DNA of 64,000 bases from NCBI GenBank assembly GCA_951406725.2, contig OX597826.1, positions 72,602,001-72,666,000 on the forward strand. Direction: 5' to 3'. Under the pieces are notes generated by a model. It had not been told where the DNA came from and did no database searches. It saw nothing but the letters and a program-made list of their open reading frames with translations. This DNA comes from Octopus vulgaris (Eukaryota). A program made the position numbers and the translations under genes. Below, piece after piece: positions 37,701 through 51,639 of this stretch (position 1 is its first letter; the number at the start of each line of letters is the position of its first letter).

Positions 37701-40700
37701 AGGACTGACATAGAACTAAAAGACTACCATAGGTCTACGTGACAAAGTGTATTTGGAGGGCTATAGAATGGAAATAAAAAAATATAGATTTCCACAACAT
37801 AAGTAGTCACCCACCATCTTAAAAAGGGAAAGGACACATTAGCTCATTAGCTGATGTAGACCTTTATATTCTAATAAAATAGTTTGGTCATGGCTGGATT
37901 GTCTTGATCATGGGAATGCTTAATCAAGGTTGGCCAATAGGCCCCCCATCTGTCAAGGCTTATTATACATCTGCTCATGTATTTTTCAAGGAAACACGCA
38001 GTTGTCCATGCACGTAAGTCTCCCCACTTCATGAGAAAGGCCTCTGACTTGGGTTGATACATCAGTGCAGACATTGCTGTCAGAACACAAAGAGTCAGAA
38101 CTGATACTGCAATCCCATTCTAATAGTTTCAGCAATCCACCACCTAAAAATTCATAATTTTTTTATTACCAAAGTTGGCCTTACTAGGATTCAAACTCAG
38201 ATCACAAAGTTGGAACAAACACTGGATGGCATTCTATCCAACACTTTAACCATCTTGCTTATTCGCTAATATTAAGGTTGGCTTGGGTCTAATCTGCTTG
38301 TTCACTTTACTCTCTGCATGCATCCATAGTTTCAATATCATACATTACAACTGATATTAATATCACACTGCAATCTTCATAGTTTGCATATCAGTGTAAG
38401 AGATATGAGAGGTGGTATGTGTGTGTGTAGGCACAGACATGGCTGTGTGGTAAGAAGCTTGCTTCCCAACCACATGGTTCTGGGTTCAGTCCCACTGCAT
38501 GGCACCTTGGGCAAGTGTCTTCTACTATAGCTTCGGGCCAACCAAAGTCTTGTGAGTGGATTTGGTAGATGGAAACTGAAAGAAGCCCATCGTATATATA
38601 TATATATATATATACATACACACACACATACATATATGTGTATGTATGTATATGATTGTGTGTCTGTGTTTGTCCCCCCACCCAACTATCGCTTGACAAC
38701 TGATGTTGGTGTGTTTACATCCCCGTAACTTAACGGTTTGGCAAAAGAGACCGATAGCGTAAGTATTAGGTTTACAAAGAATAAGTTGATTTGTTTGACT
38801 AAAGGTGTGCTCCAGCATGGCCACAGTTAAACGACTGAAACAAATAAAAGAAAGAATATTATATATGTATATATATATATATATATACATACAACATACA
38901 ATCACATATAACATACATATTTTATACACATATTTATATGTGTGTACAAGTATGTATGCACACAGACATACATGTACACAAATATGTGATTCTATCATCC
39001 TGTGTGTGTGTGTTATGTTTTTTCTTTTATTTATGTTAGCATCTGTCCAGAAACCAGTGTTGTTTATGTTTGTCTCCACAATTTAGGTGTTTGACAGATT
39101 GCAATGAATGAAATAAATACCAGATTGCAATGAGTTATAGTTGATAGGATCAACATATATTCTTGAAGGCAGTGTGTCCGCATGGCCACAATATAATGAT
39201 TACAGAATCAAAGAATGTATATGTGGGGGTGGTGTGTGAAATATTTATCCTCATTCTTTATCTATGTGTGTACATGCATACTTTTGCTTTTATTGGCAAG
39301 TAATAATTCTCTCGTATTAGATATCTATACATCAGTGACACACTTGAGTGGCATTCATGTCACTCTCCAAGCATCTATATTTAAATATCCAGTTAGAAGC
39401 CAGAGGAAAGTGACTGCAAACTATTTCAACTGCCAGGCCATTTTCCTAGGCTTTTCCACTAAAACGATACCATCAATCTCATTCGGGGTTTCATCCTGAT
39501 GTCTTCTTTCTCCAAATGGTTTTACTACATGCCTCTTCTAGCACTGCTCTGCTCTTATTGCTTCTAGTCAACCGTCTTACTAACAATCATTTATTTGCTG
39601 TCCATCACACTCTTTCTCTTCCTTTATTCTCTATTCTGTTATTCCTCTTGCTCCTTTCATTCTCACTTTCTTCCATTAATCTCTCCCCTTTCTGTGTCAT
39701 TCTTGTTCTCTCTCGTCCCTTTCTCTTTTCTCTGCCAGAAATGAATTCACCCTCTGTGTTGCTGGTGACTGTGACATATGAAGTCAGCATAGGCTAGAGA
39801 GGACACTTTAGTCACCCTAGGTACAAGGCAACCTCTCTAGTGCTAATACCATGATAAAATACATCCAGTACATATTGTAATGAGGCTAGCATTTGGGAAG
39901 GTATCCAACCATGGATAACTTGCTAAAAATGAAACAGACAAGCAAAATGTGGTCCCCAACCCATCAAGGAGTGCAAAACAAATAAGAATAACCTTGTTTG
40001 TGACCATATGTCCTATTCATAACAGTATGGAATTACTGATACTAAAGATTATATATATATATTATAGTGATGGAGATAAACAGGATTAGGCTTGATATAT
40101 AGATAGATAGATATATATAGATATATATATATATATATATAGATATAAAAACTAATCATGTTTATCTGCATCTCAACTCTCCATATCAACTCACCTGGAT
40201 TTCCTTTAAAGCCACTCTTTACCCCATGGACCTAGCACTTGGTAAAGACTTTGGGGTTTAACTTAAATCATTTGAGCGCTATTGTATGTTTTTTATATTG
40301 AGTGTCTATAAATCTCACTTGTTGACTCTGTGTGTGTGTATATAATATGCATGTATATATATTATATATTGTTTGCTTAGTTTGAAAGAAAGAACTGCAC
40401 CTCATAGAGTTTAATAAAATGAATTCTGGGGTTGATAGGATCGACTAATATCCTTGAAATTGGTGGTTCAGTGTGGCCATAGTGTTGTATTATTGGTCAA
40501 GACCCAGTAAAGTCCCTGTGAAAACAGTGTGATTGATGCTGTGAACATTCCACTTGAATTCTCTCAAGTCTCTGGCTGCAGGGAGTGAAATCCAGAAGGG
40601 GGTCTGGCAATGGGCACAGTACAGGTGATTAGAGCGGTTGACAAGTGAATTGGCAGAGGAAGACCTTCATAGAAACACACACAGACACAGACACACACAC

Positions 40701-40814
40701 ACACACACACACACTCTCTCTTTCTCCCTCCCTCCCCCTCTCTCTCTGACCACTCATAGTTGTGATTTTGTATTACTGTTTTAATACCATTAATAATCTC
40801 AACACCAATGTAGT

Positions 40815-41110
40815 TGTTGTTCTTTGTTTATCTTGACGGTGTGTATTGGTAGTGGTGTTATAGTGTATACTAGCTGTGGTAGTGTTGCTATAGTATGTTT
40901 AATGTACATTAGTACTGATAGTGGTGTTACTGTATGTTTAGTGTACACAAATAACAGTACCAATGTTACTGTATGTTTAGTGAACATTAATTGTTGTAAT
41001 TGTCCTAATGGTATATTTAGCAAATTATAGTTTTGGTAGTAGTTTTGTAGTTTACAATAGTGGTGGTAATGGTTTACAATATGTTTAGTTTACAGTGCTG
41101 GCGGTATTTT
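40815..41110. repeat. degenerate minisatellite, unit about 39 bp
   Basis: Recurrent gtggtgttactgtatgtttagtgtaca-like units. Confidence 0.65.
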
Positions 41111-41252
41111 AGTACGCTTTGTGAAGTTCAAATTGGAAATTTACCATAATACTTCATAATACAATTAAATAATGTCTTTTTTTATCCTTTTGCATGGCTG
41201 GTTGTATTTTTATTGAAATTTCTGATTTGGCCATTTATTCCAAATCTCTTCA

Positions 41253-41472
41253 CCCTTTCGTTACTGTATTTATTTTGAGATGCTCTGTGTTTCTTTCAGT
41301 TACTTTATATATAACAAAGAATTTAATAAAATAACTTAGTTATCATTAAGCTAGTGTTAGGAACATAAATTGTGACTAAGGTTTGGTGGAAGATTTTAAA
41401 TCAACACTTATGAAAACAAGACATTTGTACTCAGAGCCAGAGCCGGTTTCAGCCGGGTTGGTAATGAAAGGG
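41253..41472. mobile_element. TTAA-type MITE (second family)
   Basis: TIRs ccctttcgttac / gtaatgaaaggg, flanked by ttca / ttaa. Confidence 0.75.
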
Positions 41473-41589
41473 TTAATACTGTGAAATAATTTACCATGTG
41501 AACTACCTATAATGTCAGGCTGTTGATATTGGCATCACCATTTATGACTGTAAGCCTATATTCATACATCCATCTATCCATCCATCCAT

Positions 41590-41622
<33 letters not shown>

Positions 41623-41668
41623 AATCTATGTATATATGGATGTTAAATGGTGGTGATGATGATGTACG

Positions 41669-41700
<32 letters not shown>

Positions 41701-41723
41701 TACACACAAGATATATGTATATT

Positions 41724-41757
<34 letters not shown>

Positions 41758-42215
41758 TATCCTGCTAGTAAGCTGTATCTTTCGCCCTACACTATGTGTG
41801 TGGGCGGGGTGGGGTGGGGTGGGATCTAAAGTTACTGCAACTTCTGCAAGCACATTTGTGGGCTGCACTACAATTAGCTACAGCTGCTCTGTAATATGTA
41901 GCTTAGCAGCAGCTGTAGTTAACTCTAACTTGCCATAGTATAATAATATCAACATGGTATAAAATATAATTTATATTTATATTAAGTTATATATTTATTA
42001 TGTAACCATTTATAAAGTCGGAAGTGTGTATGGGTGTGAATGTGTGTTAATATGTGTATATTGTCATCATTTCATATTTGAAATGTATATCTGCAGAAAT
42101 TCTAAATTTTAACTATATGTATATGGTCATTCTAAGTTTAAAACCTGCGTACATAGTGAATTTGGGTTTGAAATGTATGTATATCTTCCTTCTAAAATTG
42201 TGTGTGTGTGTGTGT

Positions 42216-42247
<32 letters not shown>

Positions 42248-42365
42248 TTATAAAGTTTCTAGTTTGTGTGTTTTAATTGTGCTCTTTAGCAGATATCTAT
42301 ACGTAGCTAGTGATCATTGGTGGTCAGCCTTGGATAGGCTATGTGCTATCTACTCCTGTTCAGTT

Positions 42366-42745
42366 ATATGAGATTGTGTAAACATTGTTTTAGAATGATT
42401 CCGCAATTTATATGATGGCTGACAAGTCTGAGCAATATGCCTGCATTGAATTTTGTATGAAGCTTGGCAAATTCTCAAAATAGCTGAGATCTTCAAAATG
42501 CTTCCTCAAGCTTTTGCCGAACATTCTTTTGGTCAAACACAAGTTTTTATATGTGGTAGGCATTTTTAAAAACTGATTGAGGGTTGGTTCAAAGTAACGA
42601 GCATTTAGGGCAACCAAAAAGAAAACGTGAATGAAATATGTAGAGTCATCCATGAGAACGATTGCTAAACAATCTCATCAGTTCTCTCTCCTGATTGAAA
42701 TCAGTTATGAAGTTTGCCAGGAAATTTTTAATGGAAACTGCAGTG
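42366..42745 (+). mobile_element. decayed mariner transposase 5' fragment
   Basis: MADKSEQYACIEFCMKLGK, then frameshifted ...MLPQAFAEHSFGQTQVF and ISYEVCQEI, matching the mariner N-terminal HTH consensus EQR.CIKFC.KLGK...AFGE..L.RTQVF.W. Confidence 0.8.
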
Positions 42746-44204
42746 AGCATTTAAGGGCAAAATAACAGTTGTTCACACCTTCTGTACTCACCTATCTGGT
42801 CAGGTGTATTGAATACTTTTATTTCCATTTGATCCTCTAAGCATATGCATGTATTTGTGTGTGTGTGTGTATAATAAATTAAAAAGGTGGCTTATTAGCA
42901 ATTAGAACCTAAAGGTAAAATTAATAGAGGGTACTGATTAGCACTGCTTTTGCTAAAGAGTTAAAATAACTCAAAAGCCACACGTGCACTGTCTTATGTA
43001 TGTGTGTGTGTATGCATTATTGGTGACAGGAGCACTATTAATACCAAAAGGTAATCATTATATCCAACTTAACATGGATATTTTATCTTTTACTTGTTTC
43101 AGTCATTTGACTGTGGTCATGCTGGGGTATTGCTTTGAAGGATTTTAGTCAAGCAAATCGACCCCAGTACTTAGGTTTTGTTTTTTTTAAGTCTGGTGCT
43201 TATTCTGTTGGACTCTTTTGCTAAACCACTACGTTAAAGGGAGTAAACAAACCAACACAGCCTGTCAAGCAGTGGGGAGCAGGGTCATCACTTAGAATAA
43301 CTCCAGTCACTGTTGCTGGACCTGAATCCTTGCTTTCATGACAGCTGGCAATTCATAGGGCAATAACCCTAAATAAAATAATTCTGCAGTTTTTCATGAT
43401 TGGGGACTGGTTGGTTAGAAATTCATTTTTATGGCCAAAGATCTTCACTTTCTTACTATGTGCTTTGGATAGCTGACAAATTGCGTGAGTTTTCAGCTTT
43501 AATAGTGTTAGAAGAGGTTCTAAGAATGCTTTGAAGCTTGTGTATGTTTAAGTTATTTATAATGTCTCTAGCAATCACCCTTCTGTTCTCATAATGGTAT
43601 TTGAAAGCTTAGGCATCCTGATGAATGGATTTGCTGCTATATATCTTAAGATGAGAGCGATGAGCTGGCAGAATTGTTAGCACACCAGGTGAAATACTTA
43701 GCAGTATTTCGTCTGCTGGTATTTCATTCCGAGTTCAAATTCCACCGAGGTCAACTTTGCCTTTCATCCTTTTGGAGTCAATTAAATAAGTAGCAGTTAT
43801 GCACTGGGGTCAATGTAATCGACTTAATCCCTTTGTCTGTCCTTGTTTGTCTCCTCTGTGTTTAGCCCCCTATGGGCAATAAAAAAATAAATATATCTTA
43901 AGATGAGGGCAGTGAGCTGGCAGAATCATTAGCTTGCTGGGCGAAATGCCTAGCAGTATTTTGTTCTGAGTTCAAATTCCACTGAGGTCAATTTTGCCTT
44001 TCATTCTTTTGGGGTCAATTAAATAAGTACCAGTTATGCACTGGGATCAATGTAATTGACTTAATCCCTTTGTTTATCCTTGTTAGTCCGATAGTATAAG
44101 TACTAGTCTTGCAAAGAAAATGTCCTGGGGTCAGTTTGTTCGACTAAAGGCGGTGCTCCAGCATGGCCGCAGTCAAATGACTGAAACAAATAAAAGAGAA
44201 ATAA

Positions 44205-44625
44205 AATGCTCTTACCGAATCAAAACTTGAAATGCTGGGGAATTAAAACAACGAATTGAAATAATAAATTTTAGTAAGTCAGAGTAATTTGCATTGAAAT
44301 GCAGAATTAGCAAAAAATTAACTAAATAAATTACTGTTAATAAGATGTCTGTTGATAGCCATGGAACATTTTTTTATCAAATTTCGTCATTTTCCAACAA
44401 ATTGATGTCACAATGGCTAGTGCAAAAAATGCCAAAATTTTACGATTTTTGAAAAATTGATGCTGAATAATAATCAATTAAAAAAAAATTCCAAGTGCAT
44501 AAGTGACCGCATGGGCATAAGCCCCACAGATGTGTCAAGTTTCATCAAGTTCTGTTGGATAGTCTTGGAGGAGTTGAAGTAACAAATTCACAAACAGACA
44601 AACTTGCCATTTATTATTATAGATA
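44205..44625 (+). mobile_element. Helentron/HINE-like non-autonomous element end
   Basis: aagtttcatcaag...tagtcttggaggagtt...acaaacagacaaacttgccatttattattatagat terminus resembles DINE-1/Helentron-associated repeats; assigned by motif recognition only. Confidence 0.5.
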
Positions 44626-44808
44626 TTCTCCCTGTTGCAGGATTAGTCATTTTTGCCAGCTGAGTTGATTTGGAGCAAAGTGAAATTAAGTGTTTTGCTC
44701 AAGAACACAACACATTGCTTCTTGGTCCAGAAATTGAAACCTCAATCTTACTATTATGAATGCAGCCCCCTAACTACTAAGCCACATGACTCCATCCACA
44801 CATGCACA

Positions 44809-44855
<47 letters not shown>

Positions 44856-45802
44856 GTATAAAAAAGAGAATATATTAATGTGATTGTTAAGATACATTTT
44901 TTTGAATTGAAAAAATTAGTACAAACTTAATATTATTTTATCTCTAAATGTGTTCACTGCACCCAGTAATGCATTTGTATGATAAATAATCTTTGTGAGT
45001 TCTGTGTTAGAATTTTATTGAAGTACATTTTGTCTTTCATCCTTTCCATGGTTGATAAAATAATTATCAGTTTAGTACTAGTTATGATTTAATTCCCTGC
45101 CATCTTCCTGTGTTGGAAATCACTTTACAGTTAACCCTTATAAAACGACTAGGTTCACCTATCATCCCCACCATTTTTGTGCTAGAAAGATCGGCCAATC
45201 ACCTCAGGAATATGTATTTTCAAAAATAACACCGTTATTTTTGTATCTTGTAAAACAATTACGTTGTATATTGTGTAGAAGCATCTGTAGTTTTCATCTC
45301 TGAAGGGATATTCAAAAATAGTTTTCTCACTTTTAATTAGAATCAGAGATTAAACTAACTTATGAACTAATCAGCTGAAAATTTCTTTTTTACTTCAAAG
45401 CAAGCTGAAGTGAAATTTAAGTAAACAGAAAGTCTGAAAGATTAAAGGAGATGCTACGAAGAATAGTATGTAGGACAGTTTGGGGGTAGCGGGGTAGCTG
45501 TGAAATTCTCTGATCTACTGAAACTTAATTCAGGTGTGCTTCAGGGTATTTATTCTGGAGGCAACCATGACTATTTATAACTCACAGACAGTGGATGCCA
45601 ATGTTCTTACTCCTTTCTGCTACTACTTCATTTTCTTCTTCATCTAGCTGTGTATTAATTTCTAGTACGGCTGCTGTAGAAAGAATCTTTCATCTCCAAG
45701 GAAATGTTGCCAACCATTTCTTGTACTTTAACACATACATACACAAGAGCACATACACATACACGTATGTGTGTATAAAGATATATTATGTATTTATGTG
45801 AA

Positions 45803-45950
<148 letters not shown>

Positions 45951-47064
45951 ATATACTTGTGTGTGTATATTATCATCACCATCCCTTCAAAAACTCTGCT
46001 TTTCCATGCTTTCATGGGTCAACGGAATTGGTTAAGTCATTTTTTTTCTACAGCCAGGTGCTCTCCCCATCACCAACCCTCGCCTATTTCTAAGCAAGGT
46101 AACATTTCCCCTGGTTGGATATGTTTTCACAGAAGATTTGAAATCTTCTTGTATGATGGTAGTGCTTGTTTTACAACTATCACATGGCATCAAGACAACA
46201 CTCAGATATGCATGTGCATGCGTGCACACACACTTGCAATTATACTCAACAGGCTTGTTACATTTTTCATCTATCAAATTCATTTACATAATTTGGATTA
46301 ATCTGAGTCTATTTTGGAAGAAACTTGCCCAAAGTGCCTGGCAGTGGAACTGAACCTGAAACCATGTAGTTGGGAAGTGAACTTCTCAAACCTCTCTCAG
46401 GTATGCCTGTGCCTCTACACACACGCACACACATTGTGTAGTGTGTATGTGAGTTATATGTATATAGGTGCAGGTGTGGCTGTGTGGTAAGAAGCTTGCT
46501 TCCCAACCTCATGTTTCTGGGTTCAGTCCCACAGTGTGGCACCATGAGCAAGTGTCTTCAACTATAGCTTTAGGTCAACCAAATCCTTGTGAGTGGATTT
46601 GGCAGATGGAAACTGAAAGAAGCCCATCTTAGATGTGCATAGACTGTGTGTGTCTTCCTATCATCTCCTGACAACCACTGTTGGTGTGTTTATGTCCCTG
46701 TAACTTTTGGCAAAGTTCAGCCAAGAGACTGATAGAATGACTAGGCTTTAAAATAAACCCTAGTGTTGAATTGTTTGATAGAATCACTTCATGAAGGTGC
46801 TCCAGCATGGCTGCAGTCAAATGACTGAAACAAGTAATATAAAAAAAATGTTTGTGTGTGTACAAGTAAATACAAATATCACACCAAGGACCACCCCCAA
46901 AATCAGATCTGTAGTTTAAATTGGATTTGGTACTTGCATATCTACAATATCCTACTGACAGTTGATGTCTTCAATTCTGTTTACCTCAGTGAGTCCTAGA
47001 TTATTCTACCTAGCCATTTCTGGCATCCTACATGATGATTTTAATGAATCCTTATAACTAAATC

Positions 47065-47096
<32 letters not shown>

Positions 47097-47841
47097 ATAT
47101 ATTATAATAAAAGGTAAAAATCATTAATGATTTTACCAAGGGGTCAGTACAGAAATAAAAAGCCTATAGCAGAAGATTCTTATCCAAGGTACTGCACAGT
47201 GGGACTGAACCCAAAACCACATGGTTGGAAAGCAGGCTTCTTAACCATACAGACATGCCTGTGCCTATATATATTTATATATACATACATAAATGTATAT
47301 ATTTATGCATAGTATATGCATATTTGCATAGTGTAGATCAGAAGAAATGAATTAAATTTAAATAGAATAAGTCTCTCTTTGGGTTTCCCATGCTTGCATG
47401 GATCTGATGGAATTTGTTGAAGTAGAGGTTCTACAGCTACATACCCTACTTGTTACCAACCCTCACCTGCTTCTAAGCAAAGTGATATTCCGCCATGTCT
47501 TGGGATGCTTGAATGGAGGATTGCAAACGAAGGATGTTGCTTTTATGGCAGTGGTGCTCATTTACAATAGAAATGCATGTGCTACTGGATTTATTTCAGG
47601 AATTCACACACACACACACACACATATGTGTGTGTGTGTATGATAGGAAATCTAAATTTTTGTTAGCTACATGCAATAACTTAAGAGTAGCTGCTTACAT
47701 GTCTGTACCAAGAAAATGATTGTGGTAGAAATCTCTGAAGTCAAACACTCAAGCCTTTGACAAGATTTTAATGAACTCCATATGAAAGTCATTCTGTCAT
47801 CTATTTTCTTCTATTCTTCTAAGAAAGTAACTGAAGCAGCA

Positions 47842-47874
<33 letters not shown>

Positions 47875-50772
47875 AGCTGCTAGATTATATATCTAGGTTA
47901 TACGAGTTTAATATAAACTGTTATTTTGTAATCCTCCACCCTTCCTGTCAGCTCCACCACTCAGTTTTGAATCTATCATTTAATCATTTCTCTCCTGCTA
48001 CAGGATCTGAGACTTTGTCGAAATACTGTGTTGGAAGTTGGTATTAACTTTTCTCAGCATTGGTTTCCAAAATCTATCTATCAAGTTTTGTAATTTGCTT
48101 ATTTCATAAGCACCAATATAGGAACAAGGATCAAACAGCCATAAACTGCGAATTTTCATCTCGCCATAGCGGAAGCACAACCAACAGAATGTACGAGAAG
48201 GGGTAACAACCTCAACCGTGATCCTGTAGCAATAGAATCAATTGCATATCTCCATTTGTTTTAATTGCAATGCATATAAGAAAAAAACGGACAATTCTAC
48301 ATAAAACTCGTACATGCCACGTGACTGGCAGTTTTTAATTATTTGAATGAAATATACAGCATCTGTTATATATTCATTAGGTGTTCAATACATCATCATC
48401 ATCATCGTTTAACATCCGCTTTCCATGCTAGCATGGGTTGGACGATTTGACTGAGGGCTGGTGAACCAGATGGCTGCACCAGGCTTCAATCTTGATCTGG
48501 CAGAGTTTCTACAGCTGGATGCCCTTCCTAATGCCAACCATTCCAAGAGTGTAGTGGGTGCTTTTACATGCCACTGGCACAGGGGCCAGTCAGGCGGTAC
48601 TGGCAACGACCTTGCTCGAATCTTTTTACACATGCCACCGGCACAGGTGCCAGTAAGGTGATGCTGGTAATGATCATGCTCGAAATGGTGCCTTTTACGT
48701 ACCACTGGCATGGAGACCAGTTAGCTGCTCTGGCAACGATCACACTCGGATGGTGCTCTTAGCACCCTACTAGCACGGGGCTCAAGAGCCAGTAAGGTGA
48801 CACTGATGACACTATATTGAACATTCTCCTCTTAGGAAAATGAAACAAACATCATTTGAGTCTGCAATGGAATCCCTTTGAAGTCACTCCACTGGCAAAA
48901 CTTAGCAATCAGATCAGCTTCAAGAGGTTACCCCCTTTAACTCTAGCATTTAAATTAGCCATATCCAGCCCAAATACTCTACTTGCTTTATGTTCAAACT
49001 GGCCAGATTCAGCCTCTCACACCCACCCTACAATGTCATTCTAAAAATAAAGTGTCACATCATCAAAGCCTCAAAGCTATGACATCATTCACAACAATGT
49101 GAATACACAGGCATTTCATTTGATAGAATAATCCGAATGCTAAAGGGTTAGAGTCTTACATATCTGCTGGATAAGGGCTGACTCATAAAGGTTGAGTAGG
49201 GGTTCAGTACTACAAATGAATATTGAACGAGATTCTTTCTTTTGGTTTTTACTTTCTTTTTTCCCTGTTATCTTTCTCCCCTTCCTCTTTTAGAAACTCA
49301 TTAAGTCTTTGATTAAAAGCTAAGAAATCTTTTCCCTCCTACCATATCTCATCTGTAGGACTGTTTCTCATTTTGAATTAAGACCTCAGACTTTTTCACT
49401 TCTAGTCCAAAAGTCAAATACAGCACTCCATTGACTGACTTCCTGCTGCTCCTCAAAGTACAGGCTGTGTGGTAAGAAGCTTGCTTCCCAACCACATGCT
49501 TCCAGGTTCAGTCCCACCATGTGGCATCTTGGGCAAGTGTCTTCTACTATAGTCATGGGCCAACCAATGCCTTGCGAGTGGATTTGATAGATGGAAACTG
49601 AAAGAAGCCCGTCGTATATAACGATGATGATGATGATGATATATGTGTGTGTGTGTGTGTCCCACCATCACTTGACAACCGATGTTGGTGTGTTTACGTC
49701 CCTGTAACTTAGCAGTTCAGCAAAAGAGACCAATAGAATAAGTACCAGGCTTACAAAGAATAAGTCCTGGGGTTGATTTCTTTCACTAAAACCCCTTAAG
49801 GAAGTGCTCCAGCATGGCCACAGTCAAATGACTGAAAGAAGTAAAATAATAAAAGAATACAGACATACACACACACACACACACATATATATGTGTATGC
49901 ATGTGGTCTTTTTGTCTCATGACTACAGTGTAGGTGTATATATATATGTATATGGTCTCTGTTTGACGACAGTTACTGTGTGTAGGTGTATGTATATGGT
50001 TTCACTCTCTCTGGCAGCTACTGTATGTAGGTGTGTGTATGTATGCATACAAGCATACTCCTCATTGCCCTCCCCCATCTCTCTCAGCTACTGTGTGTGT
50101 GTGTGTGTGTGTGTTCAAGTATGTATGTGTTCTTTACCGCATATCTTCCCCTCCTCCTGTTTGTTGGTCTCTCTGTTTCACGTAAGCCATCCCTTTTCTA
50201 GCCTTTACAATTTACATGTGTGTGGAAATGCTCCATAGAAGCAGTAAGTCAGTCAGAAAGTCTACTACTGCCAGTGCCACAACACGCTACCGCCTATACT
50301 ACTATCATCAACACACTATTCCCGCAACTATTACTGCCATCATACCACCACCACCATCACCACTTCTCCCATCACCACCACCACCTATCATCACGTGTTT
50401 CGTTACCATCACTACTGCCACCATTATACCACTATCACCACCACCACCACCACTACAACAACAACAATGCTATCACCATCATTACCACCACTACCAATAC
50501 TACTTACTGTGAGCAAACTGGTCAGTTTTCAGCCTGTTCTTGGAATCATCTTGCATCTTAATATTTTGACCATTCTATTTTCCTCCATTTCATTGCTACT
50601 CCCCTCCCACCCTTCACTGCTACCATGCACCTCACCTCCTGCTACCCCTACATAACCCATCTTCTAACTGTTACTTTACATCCCACTTCACTATCATCCC
50701 ACACCACTCCACTGCTACCTTATTATAACACACACCTACCTCACTATACCTCACATATCCACAGTGTAAGTA

Positions 50773-50817
<45 letters not shown>

Positions 50818-50878
50818 TTCTTTTATATGTTTCAGTCTTAAGGCTGTGGCCATGCTGGGGTACTGCCAGTGTATATAT

Positions 50879-50926
<48 letters not shown>

Positions 50927-51639
50927 TGCCCCACTCAGAGTAACAGGACATATGCGTACTCCATAAAGTACATCGTAATTAGTCTTCTTGAGGTATTTTT
51001 CACCAAAGTGCGCAACAAATGTTCTTATACTCCAGCATGGCCACAGTCATATGACTGAAAGAAGTAAAAGAACAAAAGAATGTATTATTTAAAGCCGTGA
51101 CACTCGGGCTGTACAGTGGAGGAATAAACAGAAAGAGCTAACTTCTGACACTTGATACATAGGAAGTAGACATGATCTTTAAGCAAGTCTTTCACTACAG
51201 AATGTTCTGTTTTGAGAAATTTACCTCTCATTGGGCCGTGTATAAATCATAGAAACTATATGATCAGCAGTTAATAATGTAGATAAATGTACTGAAAAAC
51301 AAGTTCATTTTCATAGGAAACTGAAGCTTAAAGATCTTGCTAAAGGTGATAGGTTTACAAAACCAAGACTGGTCGGTTTGATTTGTCCAACTTGAATGTA
51401 GAAAAGATAAAATAAAGTCTACATAAAACTGTTGGAACTTTTGCAAACCTTCACCTACTGATCAGCAACCTTCTTTCTCCATTTTTAAAATAGAACCTGT
51501 GATGAGCCACATGGATCAGTGAAGAAGTTTCCATGTAGTTATTCAAGCTGTTTAATGTAGCAAATGAATATCTCTGAAGAAAGTATCTATAATCTTTAAA
51601 GTGGAAACCACATGTTTTTAAGATGTCCACCTCAGGCAG

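Noticed and set aside
38377-39086. ORFs up to 184 aa, and similar ones at 32917-33365, 45788-46301, 49804-50966 and 57873-58121
   Set aside because: They are translations of SINEs and TA/CA/CAC microsatellites (YIYI, HTHT, poly-H/P/T), with no protein family signal.
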